Source: Candidatus Collierbacteria bacterium RIFOXYD2_FULL_45_13 (lineage in GTDB: Bacteria > Patescibacteriota > Microgenomatia > UBA1400 > MFAQ01). From it: a stretch of DNA of 64,000 nt. Shown here piece after piece: positions 27,926-36,476 of the stretch; position 1 is the first letter of the stretch, and each line of letters starts with the position of its first letter. The notes beneath the pieces were generated by a model. The model saw only the letters and a list, made by a program, of their open reading frames with translations. It did no database searches and was not told the origin of the DNA. A program made the position numbers and the translations under genes. The stretch lies in assembly GCA_001774685.1 (NCBI GenBank), contig MFAS01000001.1:543557-607556 (forward strand), read 5' to 3'.

Positions 27926-29404
27926 ATGTTAATAAAAAAACCCACTTGGCCATTTCTTATCCTTGTTCTGGCAGTCATCTTAAGATTTTCCGGCTATTTT
28001 GATCGTCTCAATGTGAGTGTCGACCAGGGCCGAGATGCCCTCATAGGTCTCGAATCTCTGCGGTTATACCGAGCGCCTCTTTTGGGACCACCGTCGTCCA
28101 GCTGGGGTTTTAACTTTGGGCCACTTTATTATTACGTTATTATCTTCTTTACGATCCTCATCCCAGGCATTTTTTCTCCCTGGATCGGCTTCACCCTTCT
28201 CTCTACGCTTTCCGTCTTTCTGGCTTATCTTATTGGAGTCAACTCTCGAGGAAAAACCTTTGGTGTCATACTCTCTTTGGTCACAGCTATCTCATTTGCT
28301 GAGATCGTAAACAGTGCGAACTTATTAAACACGTCCTTGGTTTCCTTCGCCGTTTTCCTCAGCTTTTATAGCGCTTCCGCCTACTTCAAAACCCAGCGTA
28401 AGAAATATCTACTCCTCTTAGGTTTCGGTGTGGCTCTAGCTGTTCATGCCCACTTACAAGCCATGCCAATTCTGGTTCTCCTTTTTTCGCCCGTATTTTT
28501 AACCCATGGTAAGAGAATAGGTCTCAAGCTTGGTACTTTAATTGGTTCGTTTGCCGGTTTTCTCCTTGGAATGACGCCTATTATAATTTTCGAGATACAG
28601 CACCACCTTGCCTGGACAAAAAGCCTCATCGATTATGCTACTTTTGGTCAATACCGTTTCTATGCTCCAGTCAGATGGCTCACGGATCTAACCGTTTTTT
28701 GGCCGAGTCGTTTCGGAGAGGTTCTGTGGGGGAACTCGGCACTCGGCCTCTACTTAGCGGTCTTTGCGTTCGTTTCTATTGTTTTCTTCACCTTCAGAAA
28801 GAAAATAGACAAAGTATCTCTACTTACCATCTTGGTTTTTATCATCGAAGTTTTTTCGATCAGAAATTATCGGGGACCCAGGTCTCCTGAATATCTCATC
28901 TTCACCCATTTCTTTATCATTTATCTTGTTTCTCTTGCTATCACCTTAGTTATCGAAGGCCGGAAGGTTCTCACTGTCCTTGCTTGCTTTATTATTCTGT
29001 CTGCCGGATTCTATTTTGACAGAAATATATATAGCCAAAGATCTCAGTCCGAAGAGACCACCGCGCTGTATGACTTTATCAATAATCAAATCGGTAAACC
29101 GGTCTCGTTTTATGTTCTTTCCGGGTCTTATGAAAACGCTTACTCTCTCTACTACTTTCTTTCCCGAAGTGGCCTAATTTCCGAGAGTGGATACCCGGTG
29201 GCTCTCTGTGACAACGGAGATAAATACGGACTGATCCCTGATCGCTGTCCTGCCTCAGATAGACTTTTTTCTACCGGCAGATACGTCCTCTTCGACTATC
29301 GCCCAGAGAATCGTCAGCGGTTCACATCGTTCGAGGTCGGCACAGTTGATCAACTCAGGCTATACCGCCGCACCTACAACAACTACGAGCTGATCAAGTA
29401 TTAA
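27926..29404 (+). CDS. ArnT/PMT-like GT-C glycosyltransferase
   Basis: First loop VDQGRDALIGLESL...PLLGPPSS, i.e. the same signature as the 2465..3892 protein; multi-TM. Confidence 0.55.
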   Translation: MLIKKPTWPFLILVLAVILRFSGYFDRLNVSVDQGRDALIGLESLRLYRAPLLGPPSSSWGFNFGPLYYYVIIFFTILIPGIFSPWIGFTLLSTLSVFLAYLIGVNSRGKTFGVILSLVTAISFAEIVNSANLLNTSLVSFAVFLSFYSASAYFKTQRKKYLLLLGFGVALAVHAHLQAMPILVLLFSPVFLTHGKRIGLKLGTLIGSFAGFLLGMTPIIIFEIQHHLAWTKSLIDYATFGQYRFYAPVRWLTDLTVFWPSRFGEVLWGNSALGLYLAVFAFVSIVFFTFRKKIDKVSLLTILVFIIEVFSIRNYRGPRSPEYLIFTHFFIIYLVSLAITLVIEGRKVLTVLACFIILSAGFYFDRNIYSQRSQSEETTALYDFINNQIGKPVSFYVLSGSYENAYSLYYFLSRSGLISESGYPVALCDNGDKYGLIPDRCPASDRLFSTGRYVLFDYRPENRQRFTSFEVGTVDQLRLYRRTYNNYELIKY

Positions 29405-29485
29405 GAATCCCCAGCTAGCCGAAGGGTGGGTACAGTTTGTACATATCCTTAAGGTTAAAACAGAAGGAGGAGAACAACTGATGAA

Positions 29486-29506
29486 CTGTACGAAAATATC
29501 GTACAG
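29486..29506 (+). repeat. perfect inverted repeat (7-bp stem CTGTACG/CGTACAG, 7-nt loop) inside a 9-codon mini-ORF
   Basis: Read directly from the sequence. Lies in the 327-bp gap upstream of gmd, 10 nt after the consensus SD AAGGAGG at 29464-29470. Confidence 0.4.
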
Positions 29507-29694
29507 TTGAAGCTAATAACTCCAGATGGTAAAAAAGAAACTCAGATTGTGCCAATACAGCCACGATGTTACGCATTATTCAATCCATTCCTTCACCCAA
29601 AGCGGAACCGTTCGAACAATGGTTAGCGCCAGACAAAACCACCTTCCAAAACAGAGAAAATTTAGGAAATTGAAATCACACGTTAATTAGCAAG

Positions 29695-29723
29695 TTCAGA
29701 AAAAAGAGACTATCGTGTAGAAT
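29695..29723 (+). promoter_or_regulatory. putative promoter for gmd-rmd
   Basis: TTCAGA (~29695-29700), 17-bp spacer, TG-TAGAAT (~29716-29723). The -10 ends ~8 nt before the ATG at 29732. Confidence 0.3.
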
Positions 29724-29731
29724 GGGGAAAT

Positions 29732-30757
29732 ATGTCAAAACCAAAAACGGCAGTAATCATTGGTGTTTCATCTCAGGACGGTTCCTATCTAGCGGAACTT
29801 CTTTTGGACAAGGGCTACAAAGTTGTCGGTACCATACGTCGAACTACTTCCATGGTCCACGAAAACATTGAGCACCTTAAGGGTAAGATTGTTATCGAGG
29901 CAGCCGATCTCACCGATCAGGAATCTTTGAACGCCGTGATCGAGCGCCACCAGCCACACGAAGTCTATAACATAGCCTCGCAGTCTGTCCCCGGCGATGC
30001 CTGGTCTCATCCCTTTTATACCGGTGAAGTTACCGCTTTGGGACCTGTGCGGGTTTTTGAAGCCGTTCGTCATTTCTGCCCTACAGCCAGAGTCTATCAA
30101 GCTACATCCAGGGAAATTCACGGTGGGGTAAGCGGTCATGAAACAGCTACGGAATCAACCCCCATGTTTGCCAATAACCCCTACGGTATAGCCAAAGCCT
30201 ATGCCCACATGATGGTAGATTGCTATCGCAAGTCCTACGGCATGTATGTCTGCGCCGGTATCCTTTTTAATCATGAGTCTCCGCGTCGCTCGCTCCATTT
30301 TGTAACTCGTAAAATCAGTATGGGAGTTGCCTGCATCAAGCTCGGAATCAAGAAACCGCCCATTAACGAGCTTGGAGAACCCTTGGTGGATGCGGATGGC
30401 AAGCTCCATCTGGGGGATCTAAACAGCATGCGCGATTGGGGCTACGCCAAGGACTATGTCGAAGCGATGTGGATGATGTTGCAGCAAGATATGCCCAAAG
30501 ACTACGTTATTGGTACTCAGACCAGGCACTCGATCAAGGACGCCTGTAAGGCTGCTTTTGATCATGTTGGGCTCAATTGGGAAGATCATGTGGTCTCCAA
30601 CCATAGATTGATCCGTCCTACCGAAATCACAGACATGATAGGGGATTACTCCCTGGCTACCAAAGAACTGGGCTGGAAGCCAAAGGTGTACCTCAAGGAG
30701 CTTATGGAGATCATGGTAGACTCGGACATTGACTGGCTCAAAGCCCATAGTGTATAA
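29732..30757 (+). CDS. gmd: GDP-mannose 4,6-dehydratase
   Basis: MSKPKTAVIIGVSSQDGSYLAELLLDKGYKVVG… and the full-length Gmd pattern (…YGIAKAYAHMMVDCYRKSYGMY…NHESPRR…). Confidence 0.85.
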   Translation: MSKPKTAVIIGVSSQDGSYLAELLLDKGYKVVGTIRRTTSMVHENIEHLKGKIVIEAADLTDQESLNAVIERHQPHEVYNIASQSVPGDAWSHPFYTGEVTALGPVRVFEAVRHFCPTARVYQATSREIHGGVSGHETATESTPMFANNPYGIAKAYAHMMVDCYRKSYGMYVCAGILFNHESPRRSLHFVTRKISMGVACIKLGIKKPPINELGEPLVDADGKLHLGDLNSMRDWGYAKDYVEAMWMMLQQDMPKDYVIGTQTRHSIKDACKAAFDHVGLNWEDHVVSNHRLIRPTEITDMIGDYSLATKELGWKPKVYLKELMEIMVDSDIDWLKAHSV

Positions 30758-30766
30758 TACCTATTA

Positions 30767-31699
30767 ATGAAAAAGGCTCTCATCACTGGCAGCACCGGCT
30801 TCGTGGGTGGCCATCTATGGAAAGAACTGGAAAGCGCAGGCTACCAGGTTTTTGGCACATCCAGAACCAAAATTGAGCCTAAGAACTCCAGAATCTTTGC
30901 GTGCGATATTACCAACGAAAAGAAGCTTGCCAAGCTGATTGCCAAGCTCAAACCGGATCATATCTACCATCTGGCGGCCCAGCCGAGCCCTAGGCACTCT
31001 TACCAGTTTCCTCAGAAGACGTTTGAAATAAACAACCTCGGCACAATTAATCTTTTGGAAGCTATCAAGAACATTGCTGGTTATACTCCCAGGGTACTGG
31101 TGGTCGGCTCTGCCACGGAGTGTGGCTTTGTACCCGCCGAACAGCTCCCAATTACCGAAGCGACTCCTTTCGCTCCGGAAAACCCCTATTCTATAAGCAA
31201 ACTTGCTTGTTATCATCTCTCACTCTGCTACGCTCGTGATGGCGCCTGTGAGGTTATCTACGCTTCCTCCTTTAGTCATACCGGTCCTGGCCAAGCCACC
31301 GGGTTTTTGGCTGCAGATATTGCCAAACAAATTGTAGAGATCGAAAACGGGCACCAAGAAGCAAAGCTAGTCACTGGACACTTGGAGAACTTAAGGGATT
31401 ACCTGGATGTCAGAGACGTTGCCAAAGCCTATCGACTATTGCTCGAAAAGGGCAAAAACGGTGAAAGGTACAATGTTTGTTCCGGTATAACTGTTTCTAC
31501 CAAAACAATCTTTCAAACCCTACTTGACCTATCAAAAGTCAAAATAGATCACCAGGTTGATCCATCACGCAACAACGCTCAGGATGCCCCCATACTTTAC
31601 GGCTCACACGACAAAATCACCAAAGAAACCGGGTGGGTGCCTCAAATCTCCATAGATCAAACCCTCAAAGACCTCCTCGATTGGTATAGAGCAAAATAA
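30767..31699 (+). CDS. rmd: GDP-4-dehydro-6-deoxy-D-mannose reductase-like SDR (Rmd-like; Fcl alternative)
   Basis: LITGSTGFVGGHL…NNLGTINLLEAIK…ENPYSISKLACYH…SFSHTGPGQ…YNVCSG follows the Rmd pattern. Located immediately downstream of gmd. Confidence 0.6.
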   Translation: MKKALITGSTGFVGGHLWKELESAGYQVFGTSRTKIEPKNSRIFACDITNEKKLAKLIAKLKPDHIYHLAAQPSPRHSYQFPQKTFEINNLGTINLLEAIKNIAGYTPRVLVVGSATECGFVPAEQLPITEATPFAPENPYSISKLACYHLSLCYARDGACEVIYASSFSHTGPGQATGFLAADIAKQIVEIENGHQEAKLVTGHLENLRDYLDVRDVAKAYRLLLEKGKNGERYNVCSGITVSTKTIFQTLLDLSKVKIDHQVDPSRNNAQDAPILYGSHDKITKETGWVPQISIDQTLKDLLDWYRAK

Positions 31700-31717
31700 A
31701 CCATCGGGAAAGACATT

Positions 31718-32503
31718 CTATGTTTTTATGTTCGCCATCATGCGTTCACGTACGGGCGAAAAGTCGACAACCCTTCCAGTTAAGCTTCTATTAACCAAAT
31801 CAACAAAATCTTTCATGTTTTCATAATTGTTCGCTTCTATTTCATCATCACGGGGCGAAAACTCTGGGTCATCACTAAAAATTACTCTTGACACATCTCC
31901 TAAAACAATTTCTCCCTTTCTCGTCTCTTTATCAATAACTAAAAAGAATACGTCATGGTGACAAATTTGGACCCCTTCTTGATTTAGCTTCTGATATATT
32001 TCCGATAATTGAATCCCAACCTCATTTCCATTTGAAATATTTTCAATTTGTGGCTCGTCATCTAAATACGACGCAGACGAAAGAACCATCTTTTTTCCTC
32101 CCTCGGTTAAATCAGTCATAATAATTCTTTCGTAATAACCTGGTGGAGTGTCCACCATCCTCATCGTATTCACAACTGGGAAACCAAGTCTTTTTAATTT
32201 TGAGTGGTTTTCCACAATCTTCTTCAGGGTTATTCCTTCGAACTTTTTATTTACAAAGTAATCTCTATTAAACACTTTCTCTACAAAATCTAGAATTCTC
32301 CTTTTTAGTTTGATCTTTACTCCATTTCTTACTTCTCCCTCAGAGATGCCACTCCCTATTACACCAGTATGTGGATCTCTTGATATCTCTACGAGCAATG
32401 TGTCCTCACCTGGACCTACGGTACCTTTTGTTACCAAGGAGTCTCTAAAAATTCCATCCTCCGGAAGCTCAATTAGTTCGGGCATATATTCAATATAAGA
32501 CAC
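31718..32503 (-). CDS. hypothetical soluble protein, possible kinase-like fold
   Basis: 261 aa, no TM. C-terminal …ICHHDVFFLVIDKETRKGEIVLGDV loosely resembles the HxD…(I/L)xDF catalytic region of APH/choline-kinase-like enzymes. Very tentative. Confidence 0.35.
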   Translation of the reverse strand: MSYIEYMPELIELPEDGIFRDSLVTKGTVGPGEDTLLVEISRDPHTGVIGSGISEGEVRNGVKIKLKRRILDFVEKVFNRDYFVNKKFEGITLKKIVENHSKLKRLGFPVVNTMRMVDTPPGYYERIIMTDLTEGGKKMVLSSASYLDDEPQIENISNGNEVGIQLSEIYQKLNQEGVQICHHDVFFLVIDKETRKGEIVLGDVSRVIFSDDPEFSPRDDEIEANNYENMKDFVDLVNRSLTGRVVDFSPVRERMMANIKT

Positions 32504-32564
32504 AAAGATACAAGATTTCCATTTGTCATTAGATTTATGCTACACCTGATTGTAAAATTAAGTA

Positions 32565-33812
32565 GTGAAGAAAATAATCGGCATCCTCAAGACGGAGACT
32601 ATCAAGGACTCTTTTGTTGTAGCCCTCGGGTTGGGAGCCTCGGCTATTATTGGCTTCGTCTACACCATTCTCTTGGCTCGCAGTCTGGGGCCAATCAACT
32701 TTGGTGTTTATTCCGCCCTGACCGCTCTCGCCACCATTGTCTACAGCCTAGGAGAAATGGGTATTTCCAACTCCCTGATCAATTTTTTACCTAAGCACAC
32801 TACCGAAAGGTACCAGTATCTTTCCACTAGCTTCTGGCTGGAGTTTACCATAGGCGTATTTATCTTTATCCTCTTTGCCGTCTTTTCCCTCTTCAACCAG
32901 AGAATCGTACCGGGCTCTCTGGGGACCGATGTCTTACTTGCCGGCGTCCTAGCTTTCAACTATCTTCTGATTATCTACACCCAAGGTGTTTTTACCTCTG
33001 ATCGCAAGTTCTGGTCTTTAACCTTCAGCCAAATTATTGACTCGGCCGCCAAGATACTGATTGTTTTGTTTATTTTTAAGATGGGGAACCTGTCTATCGG
33101 CACAGCCTTAATCGCCAACATTATCTCGACCCTCATCGCCCTTCTCATTACCTTTGGCAAAGAGCTTTACCAAATTGAGTTTGATTTTTTTAAAAAGCCT
33201 TTTTGGAATATTTTTCATTTTGCCAAATGGATTGCGCTTTCCAGAGTTTTTACGGTCATGATTTCACGAATAGATATTGTTTTGCTCAATATTTTTGCAG
33301 GCAGCTTTTCGGCCGGAATTTATTCCGCTGCCAGCAGGGTAACCATTCTTTTTGCAATGATGGCAGCTGGATTGGGCTCAGTCATCAACCCTCGATTTTC
33401 CTCGTTTGATGATCACCACAAGATACTTTCTTACATGAAGAAACTTCTCTATCTGGTTTCCGGTGTCGCTGTGCTCATGATCGGCATCTCCTTCTTTGCT
33501 ACGCCTATCATCACCCTAGTGTATGGAGAAAAATACCTCGAGTCGATCGGGGTTTTTAGGTATCTAGTTCTAGCGATGATTCCCTTTCTTTATACCGTTG
33601 TTTTTAACTCGGTCATCATCTACGGCTACAACAAGGTTTCCTACTTTACCAAAATGATGGCCATTCAGACTACCATCATTATCGTCTTGGACTTAATTCT
33701 CATTCCTGCGGTTAACTTCAACGCCCCCGCTATCGCCTTATTCGCCTCTAATATTTTTGTTCTTCTGGCTTCAACTTTGAAAATCAGATTGCTCCTTCAT
33801 GAAAAGAGATAA
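32565..33812 (+). CDS. polysaccharide/oligosaccharide flippase (Wzx, MOP/PST family)
   Basis: GTG start; 415 aa, about 12 TM helices. N-terminal …ALGLGASAIIGFVYTILLARSLGPINFGVYSAL… is Wzx-like. Confidence 0.6.
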   Translation: MKKIIGILKTETIKDSFVVALGLGASAIIGFVYTILLARSLGPINFGVYSALTALATIVYSLGEMGISNSLINFLPKHTTERYQYLSTSFWLEFTIGVFIFILFAVFSLFNQRIVPGSLGTDVLLAGVLAFNYLLIIYTQGVFTSDRKFWSLTFSQIIDSAAKILIVLFIFKMGNLSIGTALIANIISTLIALLITFGKELYQIEFDFFKKPFWNIFHFAKWIALSRVFTVMISRIDIVLLNIFAGSFSAGIYSAASRVTILFAMMAAGLGSVINPRFSSFDDHHKILSYMKKLLYLVSGVAVLMIGISFFATPIITLVYGEKYLESIGVFRYLVLAMIPFLYTVVFNSVIIYGYNKVSYFTKMMAIQTTIIIVLDLILIPAVNFNAPAIALFASNIFVLLASTLKIRLLLHEKR

Positions 33813-35046
33813 GCTGGCAGTCATTGTCGTGCTCCTGGGTACACTTGTTCGGTTTTTCCGTTTGCCTGAACTCGCGTCTTTTTCGTATGAACAAGCTTTG
33901 GCTCTTGAGGCCTCAGGCCAAATGGTGCAAACAGGCAAGCTCTCATTAATAGGGGTTGAATATTTTATCCGGCAGACCTCAACTGGCCACAGTTTTTTTA
34001 ATAGCGCTTTCTATCTTTATCCTTTAGCGATCATGCAAAAACTTTTTGGTTTTGACCCTTTGGTCACCACCGTGCTTTTCACGGTACTCAATATTCTTTC
34101 CGGTATTGGCCTTTACTTGGTGGTGAGGCGGTACTTTACTCCAGTCGCCGCCAAGACAGCCTTAACTCTTTTTATGTTTTCCCCAATCATGGTCAATATT
34201 TCCAGATCAATTTGGCACGTGTATCTTCTGGTTCCGGTCACTGTCTGCTCGATCTGGTTGCTATACACCTCAACCCGTACCCCAAAACCGGTCTGGTTTG
34301 GACTCTTGGGAGTCGTCCTGGGATTCGGATTTGGACTTAATATTAGCTACGTTCTCGCGCTAATGACCGGGCTAATTATGTGTAGTTTCATACTTTATCA
34401 AAAACACAAGCTTGGATACCTGATCTACCTGCTTCTGGGTATGGTTTTGGGCAATCTCCCCACAGTTATTTTTGATTTAAGACATAATTTCTACAACACG
34501 TACACCTTTGCAACCTTCTTATCAGAAATGTTTTCCGGTACAAAAACAGGTTTTAGCTTTGAACCTTATCACTTTTTGTACTTTTTAATTCCCATATTTA
34601 TCCTAATATCAATTGTTATTACTCGACAATTATCTAAACGCCTCGTTTATTCCGTTTTGGCACTGTATGTTTTGATCTCCATTCCCGGTTGGCATTTAAC
34701 CGTGAAGTATCCTCAGGGAATGCCGGATGGTACGAATCTGCAAACCTTGAGACACATATCCTCAATCATTTCCCAAGACTCTTCTTCGGAATTCGAAGTC
34801 GCCGCCATACTCGATGGAGAAACCCGTGCCGAAAACCTTAGATATTTTTTAACTTATGTTGATCACAAACTGTCTATGTCAGCCGACAAATATCCGGAAG
34901 CCAAGACTCTCTATGTGGTATCTTATTTAGACCAAGATCCTCTCACCAAATCTGTTTGGGAGCTGGATTCTATAAAGCCGGCCAAGGTTGCCCGAGAGTG
35001 GAACATAAACGAATTAATTAAATTGACTAAACTGGAAAAACTTTAA
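33799..35046 (+). CDS. GT-C-like polytopic membrane protein (ArnT/PMT_2-like)
   Basis: First loop FSYEQALALEASGQMV…; about 10 TM helices and a soluble C-terminal domain. Confidence 0.4.
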   Translation: MKRDKLAVIVVLLGTLVRFFRLPELASFSYEQALALEASGQMVQTGKLSLIGVEYFIRQTSTGHSFFNSAFYLYPLAIMQKLFGFDPLVTTVLFTVLNILSGIGLYLVVRRYFTPVAAKTALTLFMFSPIMVNISRSIWHVYLLVPVTVCSIWLLYTSTRTPKPVWFGLLGVVLGFGFGLNISYVLALMTGLIMCSFILYQKHKLGYLIYLLLGMVLGNLPTVIFDLRHNFYNTYTFATFLSEMFSGTKTGFSFEPYHFLYFLIPIFILISIVITRQLSKRLVYSVLALYVLISIPGWHLTVKYPQGMPDGTNLQTLRHISSIISQDSSSEFEVAAILDGETRAENLRYFLTYVDHKLSMSADKYPEAKTLYVVSYLDQDPLTKSVWELDSIKPAKVAREWNINELIKLTKLEKL

Positions 35047-35047
35047 T

Positions 35048-35740
35048 ATGAAAAAATCCTGGACTAGCGACAGTCATAAAATCCTAGAGCAAGCCACAGG
35101 TCTCACCAATTACAATCGCTGGCTTGTCAGCCATTTCTCAACGTATTTTGGCAAAGCCATACTGGAGATCGGTAGTGGACAGGGAGCTTTATCCAAGTTG
35201 TTACCTGCCAAAGCCATCGTCATTCTCTCCGACATTATTCCCGAGTACCTGGACGGTCTCAAAAAGACTTTCACCGATCCCGTTATAAGTTTGGACATCG
35301 AAAAGGATGCACCAGCCAAGCTGGTTGGGAAAATTGACACCATTTTTTCTTCCAATGTCTTCGAGCATATAAAAAATGACAGTCAGGCTATCGTCAACTG
35401 TTTCAAATTACTGGAGCCGGGGGGCCATCTACTACTGTATGTCCCGGCACGTTCGGAGATTTATGGAAGGTTGGATGAAGCAATGGGCCACTATCGTCGC
35501 TACACAAAATTGGAGCTCACTGCGAAGGCCAAAAAAGCAGGTTTCACAGTCAAGCGCATTTATTACTCAAATTTGCCGGGATATTTTCTCTGGTGGGGTA
35601 GGGGAAGGTTCCGCTCAGCCAAGCCGGATAGCTTCTTTGCCAAAATTTTTGATCATCTCATTGTACCTCTGCTTTACTTTGAAAAATTTGTCCACCCTCT
35701 CTTCGGCCAAAGCCTCGTCCTGATCGCCACCAAACCCTAG
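35048..35740 (+). CDS. class I SAM-dependent methyltransferase
   Basis: Motif I LEIGSGQGALSKLL and the acidic loop LSDI. Confidence 0.5.
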   Translation: MKKSWTSDSHKILEQATGLTNYNRWLVSHFSTYFGKAILEIGSGQGALSKLLPAKAIVILSDIIPEYLDGLKKTFTDPVISLDIEKDAPAKLVGKIDTIFSSNVFEHIKNDSQAIVNCFKLLEPGGHLLLYVPARSEIYGRLDEAMGHYRRYTKLELTAKAKKAGFTVKRIYYSNLPGYFLWWGRGRFRSAKPDSFFAKIFDHLIVPLLYFEKFVHPLFGQSLVLIATKP

Positions 35741-36438
35741 TCGAATAAATTGTATTTCAGAATGCACCAGAGGGCTTGGAAGCCATCCTTCCAGCCGATT
35801 TTCTTTCCTTGCTGATAGTTTCTGCCATGATAGCTAATTCCCACTTCATAGACCCTCGCTCCCATTTTCGCCACTTTAGCCGTAAACTCCGGCTCCATTC
35901 CGAAACGGTTCTCTTTCAGATCAATAGAATCGGCAATCTTCCTGGTGAACATTTTGTAGCCGGTTTCCATATCCGTAAGATTCAGATTGGTACACATATT
36001 TGATGCCAGTGTCAGTAGATTGTTGGCCAGCATATGCCAGAAATACAAAACTCGATGTGGTCTGTTTCCCAAAAATCTAGAGCCATACACCACATCGGCA
36101 TCACCGTCGGCAATCGGCCTTAGCAGGATATGTAATTCTTTTGGGTCATACTCCAAATCGGCATCCTGGATAACAACGACGTCACCGGTCACTTCTTTTA
36201 GACCCCTTCTGATCGCCGCCCCCTTTCCCTGGTTTTCTTTTAGAGAAATTATTTTTATTCCAGCCCGCCCGCCGAACCTGCGTAGCTGATGGAGGGTTCC
36301 ATCTGTCGATCCATCGTTCACAACGATGATATCCTTTTTCAGTTCATCAACTTTTGTTGCCAAAACTGCCTCTATTGCCTTTCCAATTAATTTTTCTTCG
36401 TTGTATACCGGTATTATTATGGAAATCTTCTTCAACAT
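35737..36438 (-). CDS. GT2 polyprenyl-phosphate hexosyltransferase-like (Dpm1/DPMS-like)
   Basis: ISIIIPVYNEEKLIGKAIEAV...IIVVNDGSTDGT...VIQDADLEYDP. Confidence 0.65.
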   Translation of the reverse strand: MLKKISIIIPVYNEEKLIGKAIEAVLATKVDELKKDIIVVNDGSTDGTLHQLRRFGGRAGIKIISLKENQGKGAAIRRGLKEVTGDVVVIQDADLEYDPKELHILLRPIADGDADVVYGSRFLGNRPHRVLYFWHMLANNLLTLASNMCTNLNLTDMETGYKMFTRKIADSIDLKENRFGMEPEFTAKVAKMGARVYEVGISYHGRNYQQGKKIGWKDGFQALWCILKYNLFD

Positions 36439-36476
36439 AGCCCTAGTTTATAACAAACCGTTGCTATAATGAATTT

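Noticed and set aside
29526-29690. 54-codon Lys/Arg-rich ORF (MVKKKLRLCQYSHD…) in the gmd upstream gap.
   Set aside because: No Shine-Dalgarno site, no recognisable family, and below the length at which chance ORFs are expected in AT-rich DNA. Kept only as part of the intergenic-region finding.
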